DNA of 64,000 nucleotides from an uncultured Planctomycetales bacterium (GTDB lineage Bacteria; Omnitrophota; Gorgyraeia; Zapsychrales; JBDRMG01), in assembly GCA_964478715.1 (NCBI GenBank), contig CAYZIY010000009.1, forward strand, positions 4,113 to 68,112. The letters are read 5' to 3'. The notes below the pieces were generated by a model. It did no database searches, had not been told where the DNA came from, and saw only the letters and a list, made by a program, of their open reading frames with translations. The translations under genes and the position numbers were made by a program. Positions 9,272-17,885 of the stretch are shown piece by piece; the stretch's first letter is position 1, and each line of letters begins with the position of its first letter.

Positions 9272-11201
9272 ATTTCTGGGTGTTTTGATCAGGGCCTTGC
9301 CGGTTTCTTTTGCCCATGCCTTAGGGAGGCGTATCGGCAATATAGGCTATTATCTGGATATCAAACACAAATCACTGGCCTATGCGAATCTAAAGATCGC
9401 TTTTGCCAAGACAAAGAAACCTAGCGAAATTAAGCGAATTGTCAAAGAGCTGTTTCGACATTTTGGAATGAATGTCGTCGACTTCTTACGATTGCCTCTG
9501 ATTCGCAAGCAAGGAGTCGAAAATTTTATCACTCTCAAAGGACGGGAACATGTCGAGCAGGGTTTGAAAAAAGGCAAGGGTGTCATTTTACTGGCCATGC
9601 ATTTCGGCAGCTGGGAAATCTCCAGTCTGATGGGTGACCTACTCGATCATCCCTATCGTGTGATCGTCAATCCTCAAAAAAGATTCAACCGTCTGGATCA
9701 GTTGTTGAATTCTTATCGCGGATGCGGGGGGTCAACCATCATTACTCGTGGTTCCGGAACTCGCGAGGTGATTGAATCTTTGCGGCGTAATGAGGTGATC
9801 GGCATGGTTGTGGATCAAGGTGGCAAACGGGGTTCGTTGATTAAGTTTTTTGGGCGGGAGGCTTCCATGTCGGTGGGGGCTATTCGCCTGGGGATGAAAA
9901 TGGGTACACCGGTCTGTTTTTCAATCATCATCAGAAAACCAGATGGAAAACATGAATTGATTATCCATCCGCCTTTGGAATTAAGAAATACAGGAGAAAC
10001 CGAAAGCGATCTGCAGTATAATTTAGAACCCGTCATGCAGATGATGGAGCATTATATTCGACTCTATCCGTATGGATATATATGGTTTTACAAGATTTGG
10101 AAATATTCCAAAGAGACGGCTGCGGTGATTATCCATGACGGCAAAACAGGGCATATTCGGCAGTCGCAGGCCGTTGCGCTTCAATTGGAAAAAGCGCTCT
10201 TAGAGAGAGGCATTCACTGCGCAACGGAAGTGATAGAAATTCATTTCAAAAACCGGCTTGCAAAATGCATTTTGGCTTTCTTGAGCTTGATTTCCAATGC
10301 GAATTTTTTGCAAGGGCGTATGCGTTATTTTAAGTGGTTTTTAAACAAAGAGTCCTTCAGAAAAATTAGTTCGATTAAAGCGGATTATGTTATTTCTTGC
10401 GGGTCTGCTGCGGCCTATGTCAATTATATTCTTTCCAGCGACTGTCGTGCCAAGGCCATATCGGTTCTAACACCCGGGATTCTTCCCATGCGGAAGTTCC
10501 GTCTGATCATTTTGCCCCAGCATGATCGTCATATGGTTCTCAAAAGAAAGGCTGATGTGTTGATCACTCGTGTGGCGATTAACTTAGTTAGTGAAGATTA
10601 TCTCAAAAGTCAAACACATTCTCTTTTAAAGAAATGTTCTCAATTGAAGACTGAAGAAAAATATATCGGTGTTTTTATCGGAGGAAAGTCCAAAAGGAAT
10701 TATTTGACGCTTGAACAAACAGCCATAACCATTGAACAGCTGAGGCAGGCTGCGACTCGATATCATGTTAAAATATTATGCACCACCTCGCGCAGGACGC
10801 CGCCTTTAATCGCTTCATTGATGGAAAAAGAGTTTCGTCATGATTCTTTGTGTGCTTTATTGATCTGTGCTAACAAAGAGAATATTCCCGAGGCCGTAGG
10901 CGGTATCCTTGGTTTGAGCGATATCGTGGTTGTTTCGGGAGATAGCATCAGCATGATATCCGAGTCTGTTTCTGCCGGAAAAAAAACGATTGTTCTTCTG
11001 CCCGAAGAAAGAAAAACGGTTTTTCCTGTTCGAAATAAACATAAAGAGTTTATCGATCGGCTCTTCTATCAAAATCATGTCTGGAAAACAGAAGAGAAGC
11101 ATCTCTTAAGCAGTATCAGTGAAATTATGGAGGGACATCTGAAAGTGAAGGGCATCCGTGATGATGAAAAGTTATTGCAAGCGATGAAAAGAGTGATATG
11201 A
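9225..11201 (+). CDS. lipid A biosynthesis acyltransferase (LpxL/HtrB family) fused to a C-terminal ELM1/DUF1022-like domain
   Basis: The N-terminal ~300 aa has LPLAT features (HFGSWE ... PYGYIWFYK). The C-terminal ~350 aa starts AVIIHDGKTGHIRQSQAVALQLE, typical of the DUF1022 (mitochondrial fission ELM1-like) family. Confidence 0.7.
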   Translation: MKVNSFTGSLVYWIVKFLGVLIRALPVSFAHALGRRIGNIGYYLDIKHKSLAYANLKIAFAKTKKPSEIKRIVKELFRHFGMNVVDFLRLPLIRKQGVENFITLKGREHVEQGLKKGKGVILLAMHFGSWEISSLMGDLLDHPYRVIVNPQKRFNRLDQLLNSYRGCGGSTIITRGSGTREVIESLRRNEVIGMVVDQGGKRGSLIKFFGREASMSVGAIRLGMKMGTPVCFSIIIRKPDGKHELIIHPPLELRNTGETESDLQYNLEPVMQMMEHYIRLYPYGYIWFYKIWKYSKETAAVIIHDGKTGHIRQSQAVALQLEKALLERGIHCATEVIEIHFKNRLAKCILAFLSLISNANFLQGRMRYFKWFLNKESFRKISSIKADYVISCGSAAAYVNYILSSDCRAKAISVLTPGILPMRKFRLIILPQHDRHMVLKRKADVLITRVAINLVSEDYLKSQTHSLLKKCSQLKTEEKYIGVFIGGKSKRNYLTLEQTAITIEQLRQAATRYHVKILCTTSRRTPPLIASLMEKEFRHDSLCALLICANKENIPEAVGGILGLSDIVVVSGDSISMISESVSAGKKTIVLLPEERKTVFPVRNKHKEFIDRLFYQNHVWKTEEKHLLSSISEIMEGHLKVKGIRDDEKLLQAMKRVI

Positions 11202-13297
11202 GAATTTTGCAGATACTACCCGAACTGAAAGTCGGCGGTGTAGAAACCGGAACGGTTGATTTAGCGAAATATTTGATTTCTCATGGCCATCAGGCAGTGG
11301 TTGTTTCAAACGGCGGGGAACTTGTCCAGGATTTAGAAAGAGTGAGGGCCAGGCATTATTCGTTGCCGGTTCACAAAAAGTCTTTTCTATACGCCTTTCG
11401 ATGTATTTCCGCACTTGAAAAAATTATCAAAAATGAGCAAATCGATATCGTCCATGCTCGCTCGCGGGTTCCGGCTTGGATTGCTTTTTTTGTTTGCCGC
11501 AAAACAGACACCGCTTTTATCACAACTTGTCACGGATATTATGCGACTCATTTTTTCTCTCGGGTAATGAGCTGGGCCAAGCTGATTATCGTTCCCAGCA
11601 TGGTCATCGGCCGGCATATGATTAATGACTTTAAAGTGCCTGGTGACAGCATTCGATGTATTGCCCGTAGCGTGGATTTGGATAAATTTAATTTTCCGCA
11701 AGACGAATATAAACCTAAAACAGAAAAGATTATCGCGATTATCGGACGCCTGACACCTCTAAAAGGACATACGTATTTCTTAAAATCTATGGCCAAAGTG
11801 ATTCGCACAGCACCTTATGTCAGAATCTGGATTGTCGGCGATGCCCATCTCAAGAAAGAGTCTTACAAGCAGGAGCTTTTGCTGTTGGTTAGGAGATTAG
11901 GGCTGACAAGTTATGTTGAGTTTCTGGGCAATCGAAAAGATATCCCTCAGCTGTTATCAAAGATTGACTGCCTGGTGTTCTCAAGCACGGTTCCTGAATC
12001 GTTCGGACGGGTGATCGTTGAAGCCCAAGCCGCTCGAGTTCCCGTTGTAGCGACTAAAGTCGGCGGGGTGGTGGAAATCATTGAACATGAGAAAACAGGT
12101 CTATTGGTTCTGCCTAAGGATACGGAGGCAATGGCCCGGGAAGTGTTAAGGGTTCTCAGGGACAAGCAACTGGCGCGTACGATTATCGAAGAAGCCAGAA
12201 AGAAACTAGAAACGCATTATACCCTGGATCAGATGGCCAGTCAAACCATTCAGGTTTACCAGGAGCTTTTGAATCATTTGAATATCTTAGTGATTAAATT
12301 GAGCTCATTGGGGGATGTGGTGCTGGTCATTCCTTCGCTGAGAGCTTTGCGCAGCAGATATCCGAAGGCGCGTATCTATTGTCTGGTGAGTAAGGAAGCC
12401 AGTCCGATTCTTGACCACTGTCCCTATATCGACGGCATGATTGTCATCGATATTAAGGATAAAGAAAAAAGCTGGTGGTCATTGTTGAAGATCGCCCGCA
12501 AGCTGCGCCGTTACCATTTTGATAAAATCATTGATTTTCAGAATAATCGCAAAAGTCATTTGCTTTCTTTTTTGAGTTTTCCCAGAGACAGTTACGGTTA
12601 TCATAACGGTAAGTGGAGTTGGCTTCTTTCCAGGCATATCCCTAATGACAAACCGCATTTGCCTCCTGTTTCTCACCAATTTCAAATATTAAAATTATTG
12701 GGAATTCAAGACGATACGAACGAGTCTCTGGAGCTGTGGCCTTCAAAGGGCGATGAGCGCAAAGCCCAGCAACTGCTTGATTCTGAGTGGTTGGGCAACA
12801 ATAAAAATATCATCGGAATCAATTTAGCAGCTTCTCAAAAATGGGAAAGCAAGAACTGGCCGCTTAAATATATTGCTAAAATCTGTGATCTTCTTTCGGC
12901 AAAAAATTTTAGGGTGATTCTCACCGGTGTGGAAGATGATAGGGAAGTCGCCAAGGAATTGATCAAAGCGGTTAAATCCAAACCGGCTAACCTGGTCGGG
13001 AAAACGGATCTGATGGAACTGGCGGCCCTGATTAAGCGTTGCCTGGTTTATGTCACCTGCGATTCGGCGCCTTTGCATTTGGCAGTCGCCGTGAAGACCC
13101 CGGTGGTGGCTTTATTTGGTCCGACTGATCCAAAAAGACACATGCCGTACGCCAAGGAGGCCCGGATCATCCATAAAAATGTCCGTTGCGCCCCTTGTTA
13201 CAGTGCCCGCTGTCGGATTGTCAAGCATACATGCATGAAAAATATTTCTCCAGAAGAAGTTCTTACAGCTATCGAAGATCTGATCAAAGAGGCATGA
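11198..13297 (+). CDS. bifunctional glycosyltransferase: N-terminal GT4 domain fused to a C-terminal GT9 (ADP-heptose:LPS heptosyltransferase-like) domain
   Basis: Residues 1 to about 360 form a GT4 fold (MRILQILPELKVGGVETG...EHEKTGLLV). Residues from about 365 to 699 are a GT9 domain (ILVIKLSSLGDVVLVIPSL...LVGKTDLMELAALIKRC...TCDSAPLHLAVAV). Confidence 0.75.
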   Translation: MRILQILPELKVGGVETGTVDLAKYLISHGHQAVVVSNGGELVQDLERVRARHYSLPVHKKSFLYAFRCISALEKIIKNEQIDIVHARSRVPAWIAFFVCRKTDTAFITTCHGYYATHFFSRVMSWAKLIIVPSMVIGRHMINDFKVPGDSIRCIARSVDLDKFNFPQDEYKPKTEKIIAIIGRLTPLKGHTYFLKSMAKVIRTAPYVRIWIVGDAHLKKESYKQELLLLVRRLGLTSYVEFLGNRKDIPQLLSKIDCLVFSSTVPESFGRVIVEAQAARVPVVATKVGGVVEIIEHEKTGLLVLPKDTEAMAREVLRVLRDKQLARTIIEEARKKLETHYTLDQMASQTIQVYQELLNHLNILVIKLSSLGDVVLVIPSLRALRSRYPKARIYCLVSKEASPILDHCPYIDGMIVIDIKDKEKSWWSLLKIARKLRRYHFDKIIDFQNNRKSHLLSFLSFPRDSYGYHNGKWSWLLSRHIPNDKPHLPPVSHQFQILKLLGIQDDTNESLELWPSKGDERKAQQLLDSEWLGNNKNIIGINLAASQKWESKNWPLKYIAKICDLLSAKNFRVILTGVEDDREVAKELIKAVKSKPANLVGKTDLMELAALIKRCLVYVTCDSAPLHLAVAVKTPVVALFGPTDPKRHMPYAKEARIIHKNVRCAPCYSARCRIVKHTCMKNISPEEVLTAIEDLIKEA

Positions 13298-14388
13298 TGA
13301 AAATTCTTTTTTTGACAACGCATTTCAATACCGGCGGAATCACGAGCTATCTTTTAAATCTCACCAAGGGGTTGGTCCAAGACGGTCATGAGGTTATTGT
13401 CATTTCAAGCGGCGGGAATTGTGTCGATGAACTGAAGTCTCTCCAGGCGGCAGATATCACATATGATTTAAAGACCAAGTCGGAGCTGAGCCCTAAAATT
13501 TATCTGCAGCTCAATCAATTGATACGGTTGATTAAAGAGGAATCGATTGACTTGATTCATGCTCAAACTCGCATAACGCAAGTGATGGCTCACTGCGCGC
13601 ATAAGCTGTGCGGCATACCGGTTGTAACAACGTGTCATGGTTTTTTTAGGCCGCGATGGAGCCGGAGGAAATTTCACTGCTGGGGACAGAGGGTAATCGC
13701 GATCAGCGATGATGTTTTCAGTCATCTGAAAAGCGATTTTCATTTGCCCCAAGAGCAAATGGCTCTTGTGCCTCACGGAATTGATATAGACGCTTTTCCT
13801 TTGATCGACGAGCAGAGGCGGGTCAAAACGAAACGCGAAATGAATTTAAAGGGGCCGGTTGTCGGCATTATCTCCCGACTTTCAGATGTAAAAGGGATTT
13901 CCTTCCTGATTGAGGCGATGCAGGATGTGATATCAAAATTTCCTCAAGCGCAATGTCTGATCGTGGGCGAGGGCAAAGAAGAAAAACTGCTAAGAAACAA
14001 GGTCAGCGATTTGTGTCTTCAAGAGTCTATCCATTTCTATCCGATTGTCAATCAGACCCCTAAAATGTTATCCGCCTTTGATGTGTTTGTGATGCCTTCT
14101 TTGAAAGAAGGCCTTGGGCTTTCAGTTATGGAGGCCCAGGCGATGGGGTTGCCGGTTGTGGCTTCAAGGGTCGGAGGTTTAAAAACACTGATCCAGGAAG
14201 GGAAGACCGGTTTTTTGGTTTTGCCCGCAGACAAGAAGGCCTTGACTCTGGCGATTAACCATGTATTATCCCATCCTCAACAAGCGGCCGCTATGGGTTC
14301 TCAAGCCAGGATGATGATTGAAGAAAGATTTTCTCTCAAGCAAATGACAGAAAAAACACTGGCTGTTTATCAAGAGGTTGTAAGATAA
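13294..14388 (+). CDS. GT4 family glycosyltransferase
   Basis: MKILFLTTHFNTGGITSY ... EGLGLSVMEAQAMGLPVVAS...EGKTGFLV. ATG overlaps the upstream stop as ATGATGA. Confidence 0.8.
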   Translation: MMKILFLTTHFNTGGITSYLLNLTKGLVQDGHEVIVISSGGNCVDELKSLQAADITYDLKTKSELSPKIYLQLNQLIRLIKEESIDLIHAQTRITQVMAHCAHKLCGIPVVTTCHGFFRPRWSRRKFHCWGQRVIAISDDVFSHLKSDFHLPQEQMALVPHGIDIDAFPLIDEQRRVKTKREMNLKGPVVGIISRLSDVKGISFLIEAMQDVISKFPQAQCLIVGEGKEEKLLRNKVSDLCLQESIHFYPIVNQTPKMLSAFDVFVMPSLKEGLGLSVMEAQAMGLPVVASRVGGLKTLIQEGKTGFLVLPADKKALTLAINHVLSHPQQAAAMGSQARMMIEERFSLKQMTEKTLAVYQEVVR

Positions 14389-15395
14389 TGGAAAAGATTC
14401 TTATCGTTAATGTCAATTGGCTAGGAGATGTCCTTTTTTCTTCCGCTGTTTTTCAGACCATTAAGAATAAAAGATCTGATGTTTGGTTGTCCTGCCTGGC
14501 CCATCCCCGCGTGAAAGAAATTCTTGAGATGATTCCAGGGCTGGATGAAATCATTATTTATGATGAAGATCAAAAGCATGCGACTTCCTTAAGCAAGTGG
14601 AGGTTGATTAGTCATTTAAGAAATCAAAAATTTGATCGGGTTTATCTTTTGCACCGTTCTTTAACGAGAGCTCTGCTTGTATTTCTGGCCGGGATTCCTC
14701 GTCGAATCGGCTATGCCACGAAAAACAGAGGGTTTCTTTTAACAGAGGCCTTAAAGGTTACCCCAAATGCAAAGCATCGGATGGATTATTATCTGGGTGT
14801 GATCGAGAAAGATTTTCCGATGCCTGTGAAAACATGTCGGCTCAATGTTGGGCCAGAGCAAAAAGAATATACGGTGAAGTTATTACAAAATCTGAATATC
14901 AGTCCTTCAGACAAAAAAGTGTGTATTCATCCGGCAGGGAATTGGAATCTGAAACGCTGGCCCAAAGAGTATTTCATCAGATGCATTGAGGCCTTTCAGA
15001 AAAGAGGGATTAAGGTGATTTTGATTGGAACGACCAAAGATCGCGCCTTGATTGATCAAATCAAGAAACAACTCAAAGAAGAGCCCATTGATCTTCTGGG
15101 CAAGACAAGTATCAAGCAGCTGGCCGCTTTGATGCAGATTTGTGATTGCGTGATCTCCGGCGATAGTGGACCTTTGCATATCGCCAATAGCGTGGGAGTT
15201 AAAACGATTGCTCTTTATGGGCCGACAAGCGTGGGCGTGACCGGTCCCCGCGGATTGGCCTTAAGCTCTATTCTTAGGCAGAATGTAGGATGCAATGAAA
15301 AACCGTGTTATCATCTGGCCTGTCCCGATAATATTTGTATGAAATCGATATCTGTTTTGGATGTTCTCGATGCTTTTGAACAAATTAAAAATTAA
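14388..15395 (+). CDS. GT9 family glycosyltransferase (heptosyltransferase-like)
   Basis: ILIVNVNWLGDVLFSSAV...GKTSIKQLAALMQICDCVISGDSGPLHIA. Confidence 0.8.
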   Translation: MEKILIVNVNWLGDVLFSSAVFQTIKNKRSDVWLSCLAHPRVKEILEMIPGLDEIIIYDEDQKHATSLSKWRLISHLRNQKFDRVYLLHRSLTRALLVFLAGIPRRIGYATKNRGFLLTEALKVTPNAKHRMDYYLGVIEKDFPMPVKTCRLNVGPEQKEYTVKLLQNLNISPSDKKVCIHPAGNWNLKRWPKEYFIRCIEAFQKRGIKVILIGTTKDRALIDQIKKQLKEEPIDLLGKTSIKQLAALMQICDCVISGDSGPLHIANSVGVKTIALYGPTSVGVTGPRGLALSSILRQNVGCNEKPCYHLACPDNICMKSISVLDVLDAFEQIKN

Positions 15396-16290
15396 AAAGA
15401 TCCTAGTTGTCAGCTTGAGCAATCTTGGTGATGTGATCCTTACCTTTCCGGTGATTGATATATTAATTAGCGATTTTCCGCACGCCGAGATTTCTGTAGT
15501 TGTCGGCCCCAAAGCCCGATTTTTGTTCGATCATAATGACCATATTAAATCCATTTTTATTTTCGATAAAAAATTAAAATTGTTACAGAAATATAAATGG
15601 GTGCGAGAATTACGCAAAGGACATTTTGATCTGTGCGTGGATTTACGCCAAACAGCTATCCCTCTGTTTTTATGGCCCTGTTATCATTCGTCTATACGAG
15701 CGCGCAAATATGAAGGTCTTCATATGAAAGAAAAACATCTTCAGAAATTACGGGAAATTTATGATTTTAAAGAAAAAGCAAGGGCACCACTGGCTCTTAA
15801 AGTTAGCGATCAAGACAAGGCCTGGGCCAGAGAGACTCTTAAACAGGATTCCGGTTATGCTGTTTTGGGCTGCGGCGCAGCCGATCATAAAAAAAGATGG
15901 AACAAGCAGGGTTTTGCCCGGCTGGCCGATGAGATCATCGAACGTTTTGATATGAGCGTTATCTTTGTTGGAGATGCCTCCGATCAGGAATATGGCCAGG
16001 AAATTCAATCGATCATGAAACACAAAGCTCAAAATTTATGCGGGCAAACCAATTTGACTCAGCTTAGCGCTGTCATTGGATGTGCTTCATTTGTGGTGGC
16101 CAATGACAGCGCCATTGTTCATATGGCCAGCTATTTAAACAGGCCGACATATGCCATCTTTGGTCCCAGCGATCCGTCTAAATACGGTCCCTGGAGCCGG
16201 GAAGGCCGGTTTTTTATTGGACATCCGCATGACCAGATGGCCTCGATCCATCCGGAAGAGATTCTAAAAAGCATTAAGCTGCAGGGATAA
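15361..16290 (+). CDS. GT9 family glycosyltransferase (heptosyltransferase-like)
   Basis: KILVVSLSNLGDVILTFPV...GQTNLTQLSAVIGCASFVVANDSAIVHMA. Confidence 0.75.
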   Translation: MFSMLLNKLKIKKILVVSLSNLGDVILTFPVIDILISDFPHAEISVVVGPKARFLFDHNDHIKSIFIFDKKLKLLQKYKWVRELRKGHFDLCVDLRQTAIPLFLWPCYHSSIRARKYEGLHMKEKHLQKLREIYDFKEKARAPLALKVSDQDKAWARETLKQDSGYAVLGCGAADHKKRWNKQGFARLADEIIERFDMSVIFVGDASDQEYGQEIQSIMKHKAQNLCGQTNLTQLSAVIGCASFVVANDSAIVHMASYLNRPTYAIFGPSDPSKYGPWSREGRFFIGHPHDQMASIHPEEILKSIKLQG

Positions 16291-16297
16291 GCATACA

Positions 16298-17335
16298 ATG
16301 AAGCCGGATTTCAAAAGAATTCTTGTTGTTCGCACGGATCGCGTGGGCGATGTGGTTTTGACTATTCCGGCTCTTACGTTGATCAGGAAAAATTATCCGA
16401 AATCCCATATCGCTGTTTTGGTGGCGCCCGCCACCAAAGATATCGTCAACGGACATCCGGATATCGATGAGGTAATCGTGTATGATAAAGATTATGAGCA
16501 TAAAGGAATTTTTGGCTTCTGGAAGATGAAAAATCTTCTGCAAAGCAAAAAATTTGATGTAACGATGGTCTATCACACGAAACAAAGAACCAATCTCTTA
16601 TGTTTTCTGGCCGGTATCCCGCGGCGCATCGGTTATCATAATCAGAAATACGGATTTCTATTAACCGATAAGATCTTCGATGATCGACCGCAGGGGATCA
16701 GGCATGAAAGCGAATATTGCTTGGAGATCCTCAAGCAACTCGGACTTTCTATCGATGATCAATGCCCCATGCCGTATATGCCTATTAAAGAACAAGCAAG
16801 GCAGTGGGTCAAGCAGTTTTATAAGACCAATAACATAGAAGAAAAGGACAGGCTGATTGCCATTCATCCGGGCGGAAGCGATTACACAAAGAGATGGCCG
16901 CGAGAGAAATTTGCTGAGCTGATCAATCAGATGGGAGAAAAGTATCCTTATCTATATGTGCTTGTCGGGTCAAAGGAAGTAGAAAAAATTGCCAGAACAA
17001 TTCAATCTTTGGCGAAAGTTCCCCTCATCAATGCGGTGGGCCAGACATCGATTGCGCAGCTTGCGGCCCTTTTAGAGAGATGTCAACTTCTTATTTCTAA
17101 TGATTCGGGACCTGTGCATGTGGCCACGGCTGTAGGGACACCTGTGATTTCAATTTTTGGTCAGCGTCGACGGGGAATCAGCGTGACCCGTTGGCATCCT
17201 TTGGGGAGTAAAGATATCGCCATAGAAAAAGAAATCGAAAAATGGGAGGATAAAACCCGGGAATCGAGCTATGCCGCCCTGCAGGCGATTGAGACCGAAG
17301 AAGTCTTAAGGGTTGTTGAAAGGATGTTGACTTAA
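16298..17335 (+). CDS. GT9 family glycosyltransferase (heptosyltransferase-like)
   Basis: ILVVRTDRVGDVVLTIPAL...GQTSIAQLAALLERCQLLISNDSGPVHVA. Confidence 0.8.
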   Translation: MKPDFKRILVVRTDRVGDVVLTIPALTLIRKNYPKSHIAVLVAPATKDIVNGHPDIDEVIVYDKDYEHKGIFGFWKMKNLLQSKKFDVTMVYHTKQRTNLLCFLAGIPRRIGYHNQKYGFLLTDKIFDDRPQGIRHESEYCLEILKQLGLSIDDQCPMPYMPIKEQARQWVKQFYKTNNIEEKDRLIAIHPGGSDYTKRWPREKFAELINQMGEKYPYLYVLVGSKEVEKIARTIQSLAKVPLINAVGQTSIAQLAALLERCQLLISNDSGPVHVATAVGTPVISIFGQRRRGISVTRWHPLGSKDIAIEKEIEKWEDKTRESSYAALQAIETEEVLRVVERMLT

Positions 17336-17380
17336 GTCAAAGTATAGATGAAAATAAAATGGTAAGAAAAAATGAAAAGT

Positions 17381-17421
17381 GGCACGGGCCTCTTGAAAAA
17401 GTTGAGACCCGTGCCCTTTTT
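17381..17421. terminator. bidirectional rho-independent terminator between the GT9 gene (+) and the histone-fold gene (-)
   Basis: Hairpin GGCACGGGCCTC / GAGACCCGTGCC with one mismatch, followed by CTTTTTG on the plus strand and preceded by an A-run (T-run on the minus strand). Confidence 0.6.
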
Positions 17422-17439
17422 GCTTCTCAATCAAACAAA

Positions 17440-17649
17440 TTATTTGCAGCAGTCAGAAATTAGAATATCATGACCTCGAACTGTTTTGCGGCCATTGGCT
17501 TCGCATCTTTTTTGGGCTTGATCGATCAGCCAGTATAGGTGGCAATTTAAGGCCTTGAGCGCATCTGTAGAAACATTAAATTTTCCGCCGCCTTTTAAAG
17601 TTTCTTTGGTTTTGGAAGCGATTAACAGCATTTCATTATGTTCAGCCAT
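17440..17649 (-). CDS. small histone-fold DNA-binding protein (DUF1931 / bacterial histone HBb-like)
   Basis: 69 aa, MAEHNEMLLIASKTKETLKGGGKFNVSTDALKALNCHLYWLIDQAQKRCEANGRKTVRGHDILISDCCK. The pattern LxxxSKxK...N.S.....L...........A.....A.GRKTV...DI resembles the short histone-fold proteins of Bdellovibrio/Leptospira and archaeal HMf (AGRKTIKAEDI). Own promoter, ribosome-binding site AAGGA and terminator. It is the only credible minus-strand gene in the window. Confidence 0.6.
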   Translation of the reverse strand: MAEHNEMLLIASKTKETLKGGGKFNVSTDALKALNCHLYWLIDQAQKRCEANGRKTVRGHDILISDCCK

Positions 17650-17692
17650 TTCACTGTTCCTTTCTTTAACTGGTTAATGTGATTTCGTTTTA

Positions 17693-17720
17693 ATTTTATG
17701 CAAGATTTCCTATCCGTCAA
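17693..17720 (-). promoter_or_regulatory. sigma70-like promoter for the histone-fold gene (minus strand: TTGACG-N16-TAAAAT)
   Basis: Minus-strand -35 is complementary to plus 17715-17720; -10 is complementary to 17693-17698; ribosome-binding site AAGGA lies about 9 nt before the ATG. Confidence 0.4.
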
Positions 17721-17783
17721 GTTAATTATAGCCCAAAAGGAAAAAAAAGAGACAGGGGCTCCCCAAAGACCAGGACTCCTTTA

Positions 17784-17812
17784 TTGACCCCTTGCGGAAA
17801 CTATGCTAGAAT
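17784..17812 (+). promoter_or_regulatory. sigma70-like promoter TTGACC-N17-TAGAAT for the hldA-kds-lpt operon
   Basis: TTGACC at 17784-17789 and TAGAAT at 17807-17812. It is divergent from the histone-fold gene promoter. Confidence 0.45.
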
Positions 17813-17885
17813 CAGCGGTTGTTTTAGCTTAGAAAAATGAAAATTGGTGTTTATAACTAGAAATATTAAGATAGGAGGCAGAGAA

